A stretch of DNA of 64,000 nucleotides, taken from the NCBI RefSeq assembly GCF_046105845.1, contig NZ_CP151004.1; one strand, given 5' to 3'. The notes under the pieces are model-generated. The model was not told the origin of the DNA, ran no database searches, and saw nothing but the letters and a program-made list of their open reading frames with translations. This stretch comes from Escherichia coli (lineage in GTDB: Bacteria; Pseudomonadota; Gammaproteobacteria; Enterobacterales; Enterobacteriaceae). A program made the translations under genes and the position numbers. Shown here piece by piece: positions 10,747-19,738 of this stretch (position 1 is the stretch's first letter; every line of letters begins with the position of its first letter).

Positions 10747-11505
10747 ATGAGCCTGACCCTCACACTTACTGGCACTGGCGGCGCACAGGGCGTTCCCGCA
10801 TGGGGCTGTGAGTGCGCGGCCTGCGCCAGAGCGCGGCGCTCACCGCAGTATCGCCGCCAGCCATGCAGCGGCGTCGTGAAGTTTAACGACGCGATCACCC
10901 TGATCGACGCCGGGCTGCACGATCTCGCCGATCGCTGGTCGCCCGGATCGTTCCAGCAGTTTTTGCTGACGCACTACCATATGGATCACGTGCAGGGGCT
11001 GTTTCCGCTGCGCTGGGGCGTGGGCGATTCGATCCCGGTCTACGGCCCGCCGGATGAACAGGGCTGCGACGATCTGTTTAAACATCCGGGCCTGCTTGAT
11101 TTCAGCCACACGATGGAACCGTTTGTGGTGTTTGATTTGCAGGGGTTGCAGGTCACGCCCCTGCCGCTCAACCATTCGAAACTCACTTTCGGCTATCTAC
11201 TGGAAACGGCACATAACCGGGTGGCGTGGCTGTCTGACACCGCAGGCCTGCCGGAAAAAACGCTGAAATTTTTACGCAATAATCAGCCACAGGTAATGGT
11301 GATTGATTGCAGCCACCCACCGCGCGAGGATGCACCGCGTAATCACTGTGATTTAAACACCGTGCTGGCGCTGAATCAGGTTATCCGCTCGCCACGGGTG
11401 ATTCTGACCCATATCAGCCACCAGTTTGATGCGTGGCTGATGGAAAACGCACTGCCGTCGGGGTTTGAGGCGGGGTTTGATGGGATGGAGATTGGGGTGG
11501 AGTGA
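10747..11505 (+). CDS. phnP: Metallo-beta-lactamase-fold phosphodiesterase PhnP
   Basis: ORF track 252 aa; HxHxDH motif ([10 protein letters not shown]). Confidence 0.95.
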   Translation: MSLTLTLTGTGGAQGVPAWGCECAACARARRSPQYRRQPCSGVVKFNDAITLIDAGLHDLADRWSPGSFQQFLLTHYHMDHVQGLFPLRWGVGDSIPVYGPPDEQGCDDLFKHPGLLDFSHTMEPFVVFDLQGLQVTPLPLNHSKLTFGYLLETAHNRVAWLSDTAGLPEKTLKFLRNNQPQVMVIDCSHPPREDAPRNHCDLNTVLALNQVIRSPRVILTHISHQFDAWLMENALPSGFEAGFDGMEIGVE

Positions 11506-11539
11506 TGGGTGAGGGGCGATGCCTGCTCCATACCCAACA

Positions 11540-11869
11540 TCATCGCCCATACTCATCTTCCATTCTCCGCTCTTCATCCTCCAGTTGCCGACGCTCCTGA
11601 TCAAGCTGGCGTTGGCGATCGTCCAGCTGCCTGCGGCGATCTTCAAACTGGCGGCGGCGATCGTCATATTGTCTGCGCCGATCGTCGTTCACTTCACGCT
11701 GCCAGCCGTCGTCGTGCGAATCTTCATAGTCTCGCCCACGGTCAGGGTTATAAGCATCGTTAATCGCCTGCTGAATATTGCCAATGGTGTCGTCGATAAT
11801 ATCGGCCTGGGCCGGAACGGTAGACAGCGTGAGCAGGGTGAATAAAAGAAATAGCGGAAAGCGTTTCAT
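11540..11869 (-). CDS. yjdP: YjdP, secreted highly charged repeat protein
   Basis: ORF track 109 aa; N-terminal signal peptide MKRFPLFLLFTLLTLSTVPAQA; GAGG RBS 8 nt upstream; DDRRRQ-type repeats. Confidence 0.8.
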   Translation of the reverse strand: MKRFPLFLLFTLLTLSTVPAQADIIDDTIGNIQQAINDAYNPDRGRDYEDSHDDGWQREVNDDRRRQYDDRRRQFEDRRRQLDDRQRQLDQERRQLEDEERRMEDEYGR

Positions 11870-11937
11870 TAGCCAACCTCAAAAAGAAACTCTATCCACA
11901 TTAGTCATTACTCATCCATGCAAGTAGTGGATGAATC

Positions 11938-12255
11938 TCAATTTCTCCGCTGCTCTATTGCCGTAATCGCCTCCACGCGTTGTTGATGACGACCGCCTTC
12001 GTACTGCGCGCCCAGCCACGCATCCACAATCATTTTTGCCAGTTCGAGGCCAACCACTCGTGAACCAAAAGCCAGTGCAACTTCACTGGCGTAATGCGGA
12101 TAATCAGTGCGCTCTGACGACCTGGTTTCTTTATCAATCCCCTCACTCATTGACCATGAATAAAAGGCTGGCACAGCAACGCAGAATCCTGCGGTGCCAG
12201 CGACATGACCGCCCATTGCTCCGGTACGTTTTTTAAAAAGAAACATCGGTTGCAT
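11938..12255 (-). pseudogene. rpiB: rpiB remnant (ribose-5-phosphate isomerase B) with diverged N-terminus and internal in-frame deletion
   Basis: ORF track 105 aa; C-terminal 43 aa FGSRVVGLELAKMIVDAWLGAQYEGGRHQQRVEAITAIEQRRN and segment SSERTDYPHYAS match RpiB as remembered, but the catalytic middle segment and native N-terminus are absent. Confidence 0.7.
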
Positions 12256-12507
12256 TGATAAATTGTGCTCAGTATTTGCCGAAGTACAATATATATAATA
12301 AATATATAAAATACCTCATATTATTTGCAGAGATAATAAACTCGCGTACTTTTCCCTCTTCAGCACAAATGCCTAATAAAATGGCTCGCTCCGCTCACAC
12401 TTCCACTTATTAAAGTCGCAAATTCCCAATTATGATAACGCCAGCTTCAAATGACGTATTTTGCATGGACTACATATTTACGACATAAATGATAAATGGA
12501 GATTTAT

Positions 12508-14493
12508 ATGAATAACTCTCGGTTATTCCGTTTGAGCAGGATTGTTATTGCGTTAACTGCCGCCAGCGGCATGATGGTAAATACCGCTTACGCAACAGAT
12601 GAAGCGAAAGCCGCCACTCAATATACCCAACAGATTAATCAGAATTACGCCAAATCATTACCGTTTAGCGATCGTCAAGATTTTGACGATGCCCAGCGTG
12701 GATTTATCGCCCCGCTGCTGGATGAAGGTATTCTGCGTGATGCGAACGGTAAAGTTTACTACCGCGCAGACGATTACAAATTTGATATTAATGCCGCTGC
12801 GCCGGAAACCGTAAACCCCAGCCTGTGGCGTCAGTCGCAAATCAACGGTATTTCTGGCCTGTTCAAAGTCACCGATAAAATGTATCAGGTGCGCGGCCAG
12901 GATATCTCTAACATTACGTTCGTTGAGGGCGAGAAAGGCATTATTGTTATCGACCCGCTGGTGACGCCGCCTGCCGCAAAAGCCGCACTTGATCTTTACT
13001 TCCAGCATCGTCCGCAAAAACCGATTGTTGCTGTGATTTACACCCACAGCCACGCCGACCATTATGGCGGTGTGAAAGGCATTATCTCTGAAGCGGATGT
13101 TAAATCCGGCAAAGTGCAGGTGATCGCTCCGGCAGGCTTTATGGACGAAGCCATCAGCGAAAACGTGCTGGCGGGTAACATCATGAGCCGCCGTGCGCTC
13201 TACTCTTACGGTCTGTTACTGCCGCACAACGCGCAAGGCAATGTGGGCAACGGCCTGGGCGTGACGCTGGCAACGGGCGACCCGAGCATTATTGCACCGA
13301 CTAAAACTATCGTCAGAACTGGCGAGAAGATGATTATCGACGGCCTGGAATTTGACTTCCTGATGACTCCGGGTAGCGAAGCGCCAGCCGAAATGCACTT
13401 CTATATTCCGGCCCTGAAAGCCCTGTGTACCGCCGAGAACGCCACGCATACCCTGCACAACTTCTACACTCTGCGCGGCGCGAAAACCCGCGACACCAGC
13501 AAGTGGACCGAGTACCTGAACGAAACGCTGGATATGTGGGGTAACGACGCGGAAGTACTGTTTATGCCGCACACCTGGCCGGTCTGGGGCAATAAGCATA
13601 TCAATGATTATATTGGTAAATATCGCGATACTATCAAGTACATTCACGACCAGACCCTGCACCTGGCGAACCAGGGCTACACCATGAATGAAATCGGCGA
13701 CATGATTAAGCTGCCGCCTGCGCTTGCCAATAACTGGGCCAGCCGCGGCTATTACGGTTCTGTCAGCCACAACGCCCGCGCGGTGTATAACTTCTATCTT
13801 GGCTATTACGACGGTAACCCGGCTAACCTGCATCCGTATGGTCAGGTGGAGATGGGTAAACGTTACGTGCAGGCGCTGGGCGGTTCTGCCCGCGTTATTA
13901 ACCTGGCGAAAGAAGCGAACAAGCAAGGTGATTACCGCTGGTCGGCAGAACTGCTGAAACAGGTGATTGCCGCCAACCCGGGTGACCAGGTCGCGAAGAA
14001 TCTGCAAGCGAATAACTTTGAACAGCTGGGCTATCAGGCCGAGTCCGCCACCTGGCGCGGTTTCTACCTGACCGGCGCGAAAGAGCTGCGCGAAGGGGTG
14101 CATAAATTCAGCCACGGCACCACCGGTTCCCCGGACACCATTCGCGGAATGTCGGTCGAAATGCTGTTCGACTTTATGTCCGTTCGCCTCGATAGTGCGA
14201 AAGCCACGGGTAAAAATATCAGCCTGAACTTCAATATGAGCAACGGCGATAACCTCAACCTGACGCTGAACGATAGCGTGCTTAACTACCGTAAAACGCT
14301 GCAACCGCAAGCCGACGCCTCTTTCTACATCAGCCGTGAAGATCTGCATGCCGTGCTGACCGGACAAGCCAAATTGGCGGATCTGGTAAAAGCGAAGAAA
14401 GCCAAAATTATTGGCAATGGCGCGAAACTGGAAGAAATTATTGCCTGTCTGGATAATTTCGATTTGTGGGTGAATATCGTAACCCCAAATTAA
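12508..14493 (+). CDS. yjcS: YjcS, metallo-beta-lactamase-fold alkyl/aryl sulfatase
   Basis: ORF track 12496..14493; ATG 12508 gives 661 aa with signal peptide; HSHADH motif. Confidence 0.9.
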   Translation: MNNSRLFRLSRIVIALTAASGMMVNTAYATDEAKAATQYTQQINQNYAKSLPFSDRQDFDDAQRGFIAPLLDEGILRDANGKVYYRADDYKFDINAAAPETVNPSLWRQSQINGISGLFKVTDKMYQVRGQDISNITFVEGEKGIIVIDPLVTPPAAKAALDLYFQHRPQKPIVAVIYTHSHADHYGGVKGIISEADVKSGKVQVIAPAGFMDEAISENVLAGNIMSRRALYSYGLLLPHNAQGNVGNGLGVTLATGDPSIIAPTKTIVRTGEKMIIDGLEFDFLMTPGSEAPAEMHFYIPALKALCTAENATHTLHNFYTLRGAKTRDTSKWTEYLNETLDMWGNDAEVLFMPHTWPVWGNKHINDYIGKYRDTIKYIHDQTLHLANQGYTMNEIGDMIKLPPALANNWASRGYYGSVSHNARAVYNFYLGYYDGNPANLHPYGQVEMGKRYVQALGGSARVINLAKEANKQGDYRWSAELLKQVIAANPGDQVAKNLQANNFEQLGYQAESATWRGFYLTGAKELREGVHKFSHGTTGSPDTIRGMSVEMLFDFMSVRLDSAKATGKNISLNFNMSNGDNLNLTLNDSVLNYRKTLQPQADASFYISREDLHAVLTGQAKLADLVKAKKAKIIGNGAKLEEIIACLDNFDLWVNIVTPN

Positions 14494-14503
14494 TGCCACT
14501 CAC

Positions 14504-14541
14504 TTTTGGGGGCGCTTAAGCCCCCAAAAGCATTTATTTTA
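14504..14541 (+). terminator. Rho-independent terminator after yjcS
   Basis: Hairpin ttttgggggcgcttaagcccccaaaa followed by T-rich tract, 11 nt after the stop. Confidence 0.7.
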
Positions 14542-14701
14542 AAAATACATACAACAAATTAATACATAAAATATATAAGTTATGAATGCGGTGGCTGAAT
14601 AAAGCTATTTTTATTCATCGAGAAAATAGCCATACTGACGCCTTCAATGGATATTGATATTCACTACAGATATTGTTCGCAGCAGACAGGATGTATTTAA
14701 T

Positions 14702-14977
14702 ATGCCAACAGTTCTCTCTCGCATGGCGATGCAACTCAAAAAAACAGCCTGGATAATTCCCGTCTTCATGGTTTCGGGATGCTCATTATCTCCGGCAATC
14801 CCGGTGATCGGCGCTTATTATCCCAGCTGGTTTTTCTGCGCCATTGCCAGCCTTATTTTGACGCTCATCACGAGGCGAATCATTCAGCGGACAAATATCA
14901 ATCTGGCATTTGTCGGAATTATTTATACCGCCCTTTTTGCTCTCTACGCCATGCTGTTCTGGCTGGCATTTTTCTAA
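14702..14977 (+). CDS. ytcA: YtcA small lipoprotein upstream of mdtN
   Basis: ORF track 14654..14977; ATG 14702 gives 91 aa with lipobox VSGC. Confidence 0.8.
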   Translation: MPTVLSRMAMQLKKTAWIIPVFMVSGCSLSPAIPVIGAYYPSWFFCAIASLILTLITRRIIQRTNINLAFVGIIYTALFALYAMLFWLAFF

Positions 14978-14995
14978 TCTATTTGAGACGCGCTC

Positions 14996-16027
14996 ATGGA
15001 AAGTACGCCGAAAAAAGCTCCTCGCAGTAAATTCCCTGCTCTGTTAGTGGTTGCGTTGGCGCTGGTTGCCCTTGTTTTCGTTATCTGGCGCGTAGACAGT
15101 GCGCCATCAACTAATGACGCTTACGCGTCAGCAGATACCATTGATGTGGTGCCGGAAGTCAGCGGTCGCATTGTAGAACTGGCGGTCACCGACAACCAGG
15201 CGGTGAAACAGGGCGATTTGCTGTTTCGCATCGACCCGCGCCCGTACGAAGCCAATCTGGCGAAAGCCGAAGCCTCCCTCGCGGCGCTGGATAAGCAAAT
15301 TATGCTCACCCAGCGTAGCGTTGACGCGCAACAGTTTGGTGCCGACTCGGTTAATGCCACGGTAGAAAAAGCCCGTGCCGCCGCGAAACAGGCCAGCGAT
15401 ACATTACGCCGTACCGAGCCGTTGCTAAAAGAAGGTTTTGTCTCAGCGGAAGACGTTGACCGTGCGAGGACCGCGCAGCGCGCCGCAGAAGCAGATCTTA
15501 ATGCCGTATTGTTACAGGCGCAGTCAGCCGCCAGCGCCGTCAGCGGCGTCGATGCATTAGTTGCCCAGCGTGCGGCAGTGGAAGCGGATATTGCGTTGAC
15601 CAAACTGCATCTGGAAATGGCGACCGTTCGCGCGCCGTTTGATGGCCGGGTCATTTCCCTCAAAACCTCCGTCGGGCAATTTGCTTCTGCCATGCGCCCA
15701 ATTTTTACCCTAATCGACACTCGTCACTGGTACGTGATCGCCAACTTCCGCGAAACCGATCTGAAAAATATTCGCTCAGGTACACCCGCAACGATTCGCC
15801 TGATGAGCGACAGCGGCAAAACCTTCGAGGGTAAAGTGGATTCGATTGGCTACGGCGTGCTACCGGATGACGGCGTTCTGGTGCTGGGCGGCCTGCCGAA
15901 AGTGTCTCGTTCTATTAACTGGGTCCGCGTTGCCCAGCGTTTTCCGGTCAAAATCATGGTTGATAAACCTGACCCGGAAATGTTCCGCATCGGCGCTTCT
16001 GCAGTCGCTAATCTTGAGCCGCAATAA
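14996..16027 (+). CDS. mdtN: Multidrug efflux membrane fusion protein MdtN
   Basis: ORF track 343 aa; HlyD-like periplasmic adaptor. Confidence 0.95.
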   Translation: MESTPKKAPRSKFPALLVVALALVALVFVIWRVDSAPSTNDAYASADTIDVVPEVSGRIVELAVTDNQAVKQGDLLFRIDPRPYEANLAKAEASLAALDKQIMLTQRSVDAQQFGADSVNATVEKARAAAKQASDTLRRTEPLLKEGFVSAEDVDRARTAQRAAEADLNAVLLQAQSAASAVSGVDALVAQRAAVEADIALTKLHLEMATVRAPFDGRVISLKTSVGQFASAMRPIFTLIDTRHWYVIANFRETDLKNIRSGTPATIRLMSDSGKTFEGKVDSIGYGVLPDDGVLVLGGLPKVSRSINWVRVAQRFPVKIMVDKPDPEMFRIGASAVANLEPQ

Positions 16028-18078
16028 TGAGCGCGCTCAACTCCCTGCCATTACCGGTGGTCAGGCTGCTGGCGTTCTTTCATGAAGAGTTAAGCGAGCG
16101 GCGACCAGGCCGTGTGCCGCAGACTATGCAACTCTGGGTAGGCTGCCTGCTGGTGATTCTGATCTCGATGACTTTTGAGATCCCTTTTGTGGCGTTATCA
16201 CTGGCAGTGCTGTTTTACGGTATTCAGTCGAACGCGTTTTACACCAAATTTGTGGCGATCTTGTTTGTGGTCGCCACGATGCTGGAAATCGCCAGCCTGT
16301 TTTTGATCTACAAATGGTCATATGGCGAACCGTTGATCCGATTGATCATTGCCGGACCGATCCTGATGGGCTGTATGTTTTTGATGCGCACCCATCGGCT
16401 GGGGCTGGTCTTTTTCGCCGTCGCCATTGTCGCTATTTACGGGCAAACCTTCCCCGCCATGCTCGACTATCCGGAAGTGGTCGTGCGCTTAACCCTGTGG
16501 TGTATCGTTGTTGGCCTCTATCCAACCTTGCTGATGACGTTAATCGGCGTGCTGTGGTTTCCCAGCCGCGCCATTACGCAAATGCATCAAGCGCTTAATG
16601 ATCGGCTTGATGATGCCATTAGTCACCTGACGGACAGCCTCGCACCGCTACCCGAAACGCGGATTGAAAGAGAGGCGCTGGCGCTGCAAAAACTCAATGT
16701 CTTTTGCCTCGCGGACGATGCCAACTGGCGAACTCAGAGCGCATGGTGGCAAAGCTGCGTGGCAACGGTAACCTACATTTACTCGACGCTGAATCGCTAC
16801 GATCCCACCTCTTTTGCTGATTCTCAGGCAATTATTGAATTTCGGCAAAAATTAGCCACAGAAATCAACAAACTGCAGCATGCCATTGCCGAAGGTCAGT
16901 GCTGGCAAAGCGACTGGCGGATCAGTGAAAGTGAAGCGATGGCGGCACGGGAATGTAACCTGGAGAATATCTGCCAGACGTTATTGCAACTGGGTCAGAT
17001 GGACCCGAATACGCCGCCAACGCCCGCCACCAAACCGCCATCAATGGTCGCCGACGCTTTTACCAATCCAGACTATATGCGCTACGCGGTAAAAACGCTG
17101 CTCGCCTGTTTGATCTGTTACACCTTCTACAGCGGCGTGGACTGGGAAGGCATTCACACCTGTATGCTGACCTGCGTGATCGTCGCTAACCCGAATGTTG
17201 GTTCGTCGTATCAGAAAATGGCGCTGCGTTTTGGCGGTGCCTTCTGCGGTGCAATTCTGGCGCTGTTATTCACGTTACTGGTCATGCCCTGGCTGGACAA
17301 TATTTTCGAATTGCTATTTGTGCTGGCACCGATTTTCCTGTTGGGCGCATGGATTGCCACCAGCTCTGAACGCTCTTCTTATATCGGCACACAGATGGTG
17401 GTCACCTTCGCGCTCGCCACGCTCGAAAACGTTTTTGGCCCGGTGTACGACCTGGTGGAAATTCGCGATCGCGCCCTGGGTATCATCATTGGTACCGTGG
17501 TGTCCGCGGTGATTTACACCTTTGTCTGGCCTGAAAGTGAAGCGCGCACACTGCCGCAAAAACTGGCTGGCGCGCTGGGTATGTTGAGTAAAGTAATGCG
17601 GATCCCACGCCAGCAGGAAGTCACAGCTCTGCGCACTTATTTGCAAATTCGTATAGGTCTGCATGCGGCGTTTAATGCCTGTGAAGAGATGTGCCAACGC
17701 GTGGCGCTGGAGCGTCAACTGGACAGCGAAGAACGCGCTTTACTGATTGAACGTTCGCAAACGGTTATTCGTCAGGGCCGCGATATTCTTCACGCCTGGG
17801 ATGCAACCTGGAACTCGGCGCAGGCGCTGGATAACGCACTACAGCCGGACAGAGCAGGTCAGTTTGCCGACGCACTGGAGAAATACGCCGCCGGTCTGGC
17901 AACCGCACTCAGCCGTTCTCCTCAAATAACGCTTGAAGAAACACCCGCCTCGCAGGCCATCCTGCCCACCTTATTAAAACAGGAGCAACACGTCTGCCAG
18001 CTTTTCGCCCGCTTGCCAGACTGGACAGCCCCGGCATTAACGCCCGCCACGGAACAGGCACAAGGAGCCACGCAATGA
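16027..18078 (+). CDS. mdtO: Multidrug efflux inner-membrane protein MdtO
   Basis: ORF track 683 aa; ATGA overlap with mdtN. Confidence 0.95.
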   Translation: MSALNSLPLPVVRLLAFFHEELSERRPGRVPQTMQLWVGCLLVILISMTFEIPFVALSLAVLFYGIQSNAFYTKFVAILFVVATMLEIASLFLIYKWSYGEPLIRLIIAGPILMGCMFLMRTHRLGLVFFAVAIVAIYGQTFPAMLDYPEVVVRLTLWCIVVGLYPTLLMTLIGVLWFPSRAITQMHQALNDRLDDAISHLTDSLAPLPETRIEREALALQKLNVFCLADDANWRTQSAWWQSCVATVTYIYSTLNRYDPTSFADSQAIIEFRQKLATEINKLQHAIAEGQCWQSDWRISESEAMAARECNLENICQTLLQLGQMDPNTPPTPATKPPSMVADAFTNPDYMRYAVKTLLACLICYTFYSGVDWEGIHTCMLTCVIVANPNVGSSYQKMALRFGGAFCGAILALLFTLLVMPWLDNIFELLFVLAPIFLLGAWIATSSERSSYIGTQMVVTFALATLENVFGPVYDLVEIRDRALGIIIGTVVSAVIYTFVWPESEARTLPQKLAGALGMLSKVMRIPRQQEVTALRTYLQIRIGLHAAFNACEEMCQRVALERQLDSEERALLIERSQTVIRQGRDILHAWDATWNSAQALDNALQPDRAGQFADALEKYAAGLATALSRSPQITLEETPASQAILPTLLKQEQHVCQLFARLPDWTAPALTPATEQAQGATQ

Positions 18079-19541
18079 TCAATCGTCAACTTTCACGTCT
18101 GCTGTTGTGCAGCATTCTCGGCAGCACGACGCTGATTTCCGGCTGTGCCCTGGTACGCAAGGATTCTGCGCCTCATCAACAGCTCAAACCTGAACAAATC
18201 AAACTGGCCGATGATATTCATCTTGCCAGCTCCGGCTGGCCGCAGGCGCAGTGGTGGAAACAACTCAATGACCCGCAGTTGGATGCCCTGATCCAACGGA
18301 CGCTAAGTGGTTCACACACCCTCGCCGAAGCGAAACTGCGGGAAGAAAAAGCGCAGTCCCAGGCCGATTTGTTAGATGCTGGTTCACAGTTGCAAGTGGC
18401 AGCGTTAGGGATGCTCAACCGCCAACGTGTCTCGGCGAACGGCTTTTTAAGCCCTTATGCGATGGATGCGCCCGCACTGGGGATGGACGGGCCGTACTAT
18501 ACGGAAGCCACAGTCGGTTTGTTTGCCGGATTGGATCTCGATTTGTGGGGTGTGCATCGCTCAGCGGTTGCCGCTGCCATTGGCGCGCATAATGCCGCGC
18601 TGGCAGAAACCGCAGCAGTAGAGCTATCGCTGACCACGGGCGTAGCGCAGCTTTATTACAGTATGCAGGCCAGCTATCAGATGCTCGATCTGTTAGAACA
18701 AACTCGCGATGTGATTGATTACGCGGTAAAAGCGCACCAGAGTAAAGTGGCGCACGGTCTGGAAGCGCAAGTGCCTTTCCACGGCGCGCGGGCACAGATT
18801 CTGGCGGTCGATAAACAAATTGCTGCCGTTAAAGGGCAAATCTCCGAAACGCGAGAATCTCTGCGCGCATTGATTGGCGCGGGAGCCAGCGATATGCCGG
18901 AGATCAGACCGGTGGCATTACCGCAAGTCCAGACCGGCATTCCGGCGACACTCTCTTATGAGTTGCTCGCCAGACGCCCGGATCTGCAAGCCATGCGCTG
19001 GTATGTTCAGGCGTCATTAGATCAGGTGGATTCCGCGCGGGCGCTGTTCTATCCGAGCTTTGATATCAAAGCGTTTTTCGGCCTGGATTCTATCCACCTG
19101 GATACCTTATTCAAAAAAACCAGTCGCCAGTTCAACTTTATCCCAGGTCTGAAATTGCCGCTGTTTGACGGTGGACGGTTGAATGCCAATCTCGAAGGCA
19201 CTCGCGCCGCCAGCAACATGATGATTGAACGTTACAACCAGTCAGTGCTGAATGCGGTGCGCGACGTTGCCGTCAACGGCACGCGTCTGCAAACGCTCAA
19301 CGACGAGCGAGAGATGCAGGCTGAACGCGTAGAAGCAACGCGCTTCACCCAGCGCGCTGCCGAGGCCGCCTATCAACGCGGCTTAACCAGCCGCTTACAG
19401 GCCACCGAAGCCCGGTTGCCAGTGCTTGCCGAGGAGATGTCATTACTGATGCTGGACAGCCGCCGGGTGATCCAAAGCATTCAGTTGATGAAATCGCTGG
19501 GCGGCGGGTATCAGGCAAGTCCCGTCGTCGAGAAAAAATAA
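18075..19541 (+). CDS. mdtP: Multidrug efflux outer-membrane channel MdtP
   Basis: ORF track 488 aa; lipobox ISGC; overlaps mdtO stop. Confidence 0.95.
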   Translation: MINRQLSRLLLCSILGSTTLISGCALVRKDSAPHQQLKPEQIKLADDIHLASSGWPQAQWWKQLNDPQLDALIQRTLSGSHTLAEAKLREEKAQSQADLLDAGSQLQVAALGMLNRQRVSANGFLSPYAMDAPALGMDGPYYTEATVGLFAGLDLDLWGVHRSAVAAAIGAHNAALAETAAVELSLTTGVAQLYYSMQASYQMLDLLEQTRDVIDYAVKAHQSKVAHGLEAQVPFHGARAQILAVDKQIAAVKGQISETRESLRALIGAGASDMPEIRPVALPQVQTGIPATLSYELLARRPDLQAMRWYVQASLDQVDSARALFYPSFDIKAFFGLDSIHLDTLFKKTSRQFNFIPGLKLPLFDGGRLNANLEGTRAASNMMIERYNQSVLNAVRDVAVNGTRLQTLNDEREMQAERVEATRFTQRAAEAAYQRGLTSRLQATEARLPVLAEEMSLLMLDSRRVIQSIQLMKSLGGGYQASPVVEKK

Positions 19542-19671
19542 AATGTCTGCCGCGTGATGGCTGTCACGCGGTATTTCGTTTCGTCACGTCAAAACTGACG
19601 ACAGCCTGTTTTTCGTCAGAGTTTTGAATAAATAGTGCCCGTAATATCAGGGAATGACCCCAAATAAAATG

Positions 19672-19687
19672 TGGCATAAAAGATGCA
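19672..19687 (+). promoter_or_regulatory. Sigma-54 (-24/-12) promoter of fdhF
   Basis: TGGCATAAAAGATGCA: GG and GC spaced as in the TGGCAC-N5-TTGCA consensus, about 50 nt upstream of fdhF ATG. Confidence 0.75.
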
Positions 19688-19738
19688 TACTGTAGTCGAG
19701 AGCGCGTATGCGTGATTTGATTAACTGGAGCGAGACCG

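Noticed and set aside
11519-11845. 108-aa plus-strand ORF as the real gene at the yjdP locus
   Set aside because: The minus-strand frame has a canonical signal peptide and a GAGG RBS; the plus-strand frame is probably a by-product of the repetitive sequence. Noted as a finding because it is not fully excluded.
12256-12495. AT-rich (TA)n-containing segment upstream of yjcS considered as a mobile-element end or integration site
   Set aside because: No inverted repeats, integrase or transposase ORF nearby; better explained as promoter DNA next to the als/rpiB deletion scar.
13216-14499. 427-aa minus-strand ORF covering most of yjcS
   Set aside because: Antisense to a well-supported 661-aa gene with signal peptide and metallo-hydrolase motif; typical GC-rich antisense artefact.
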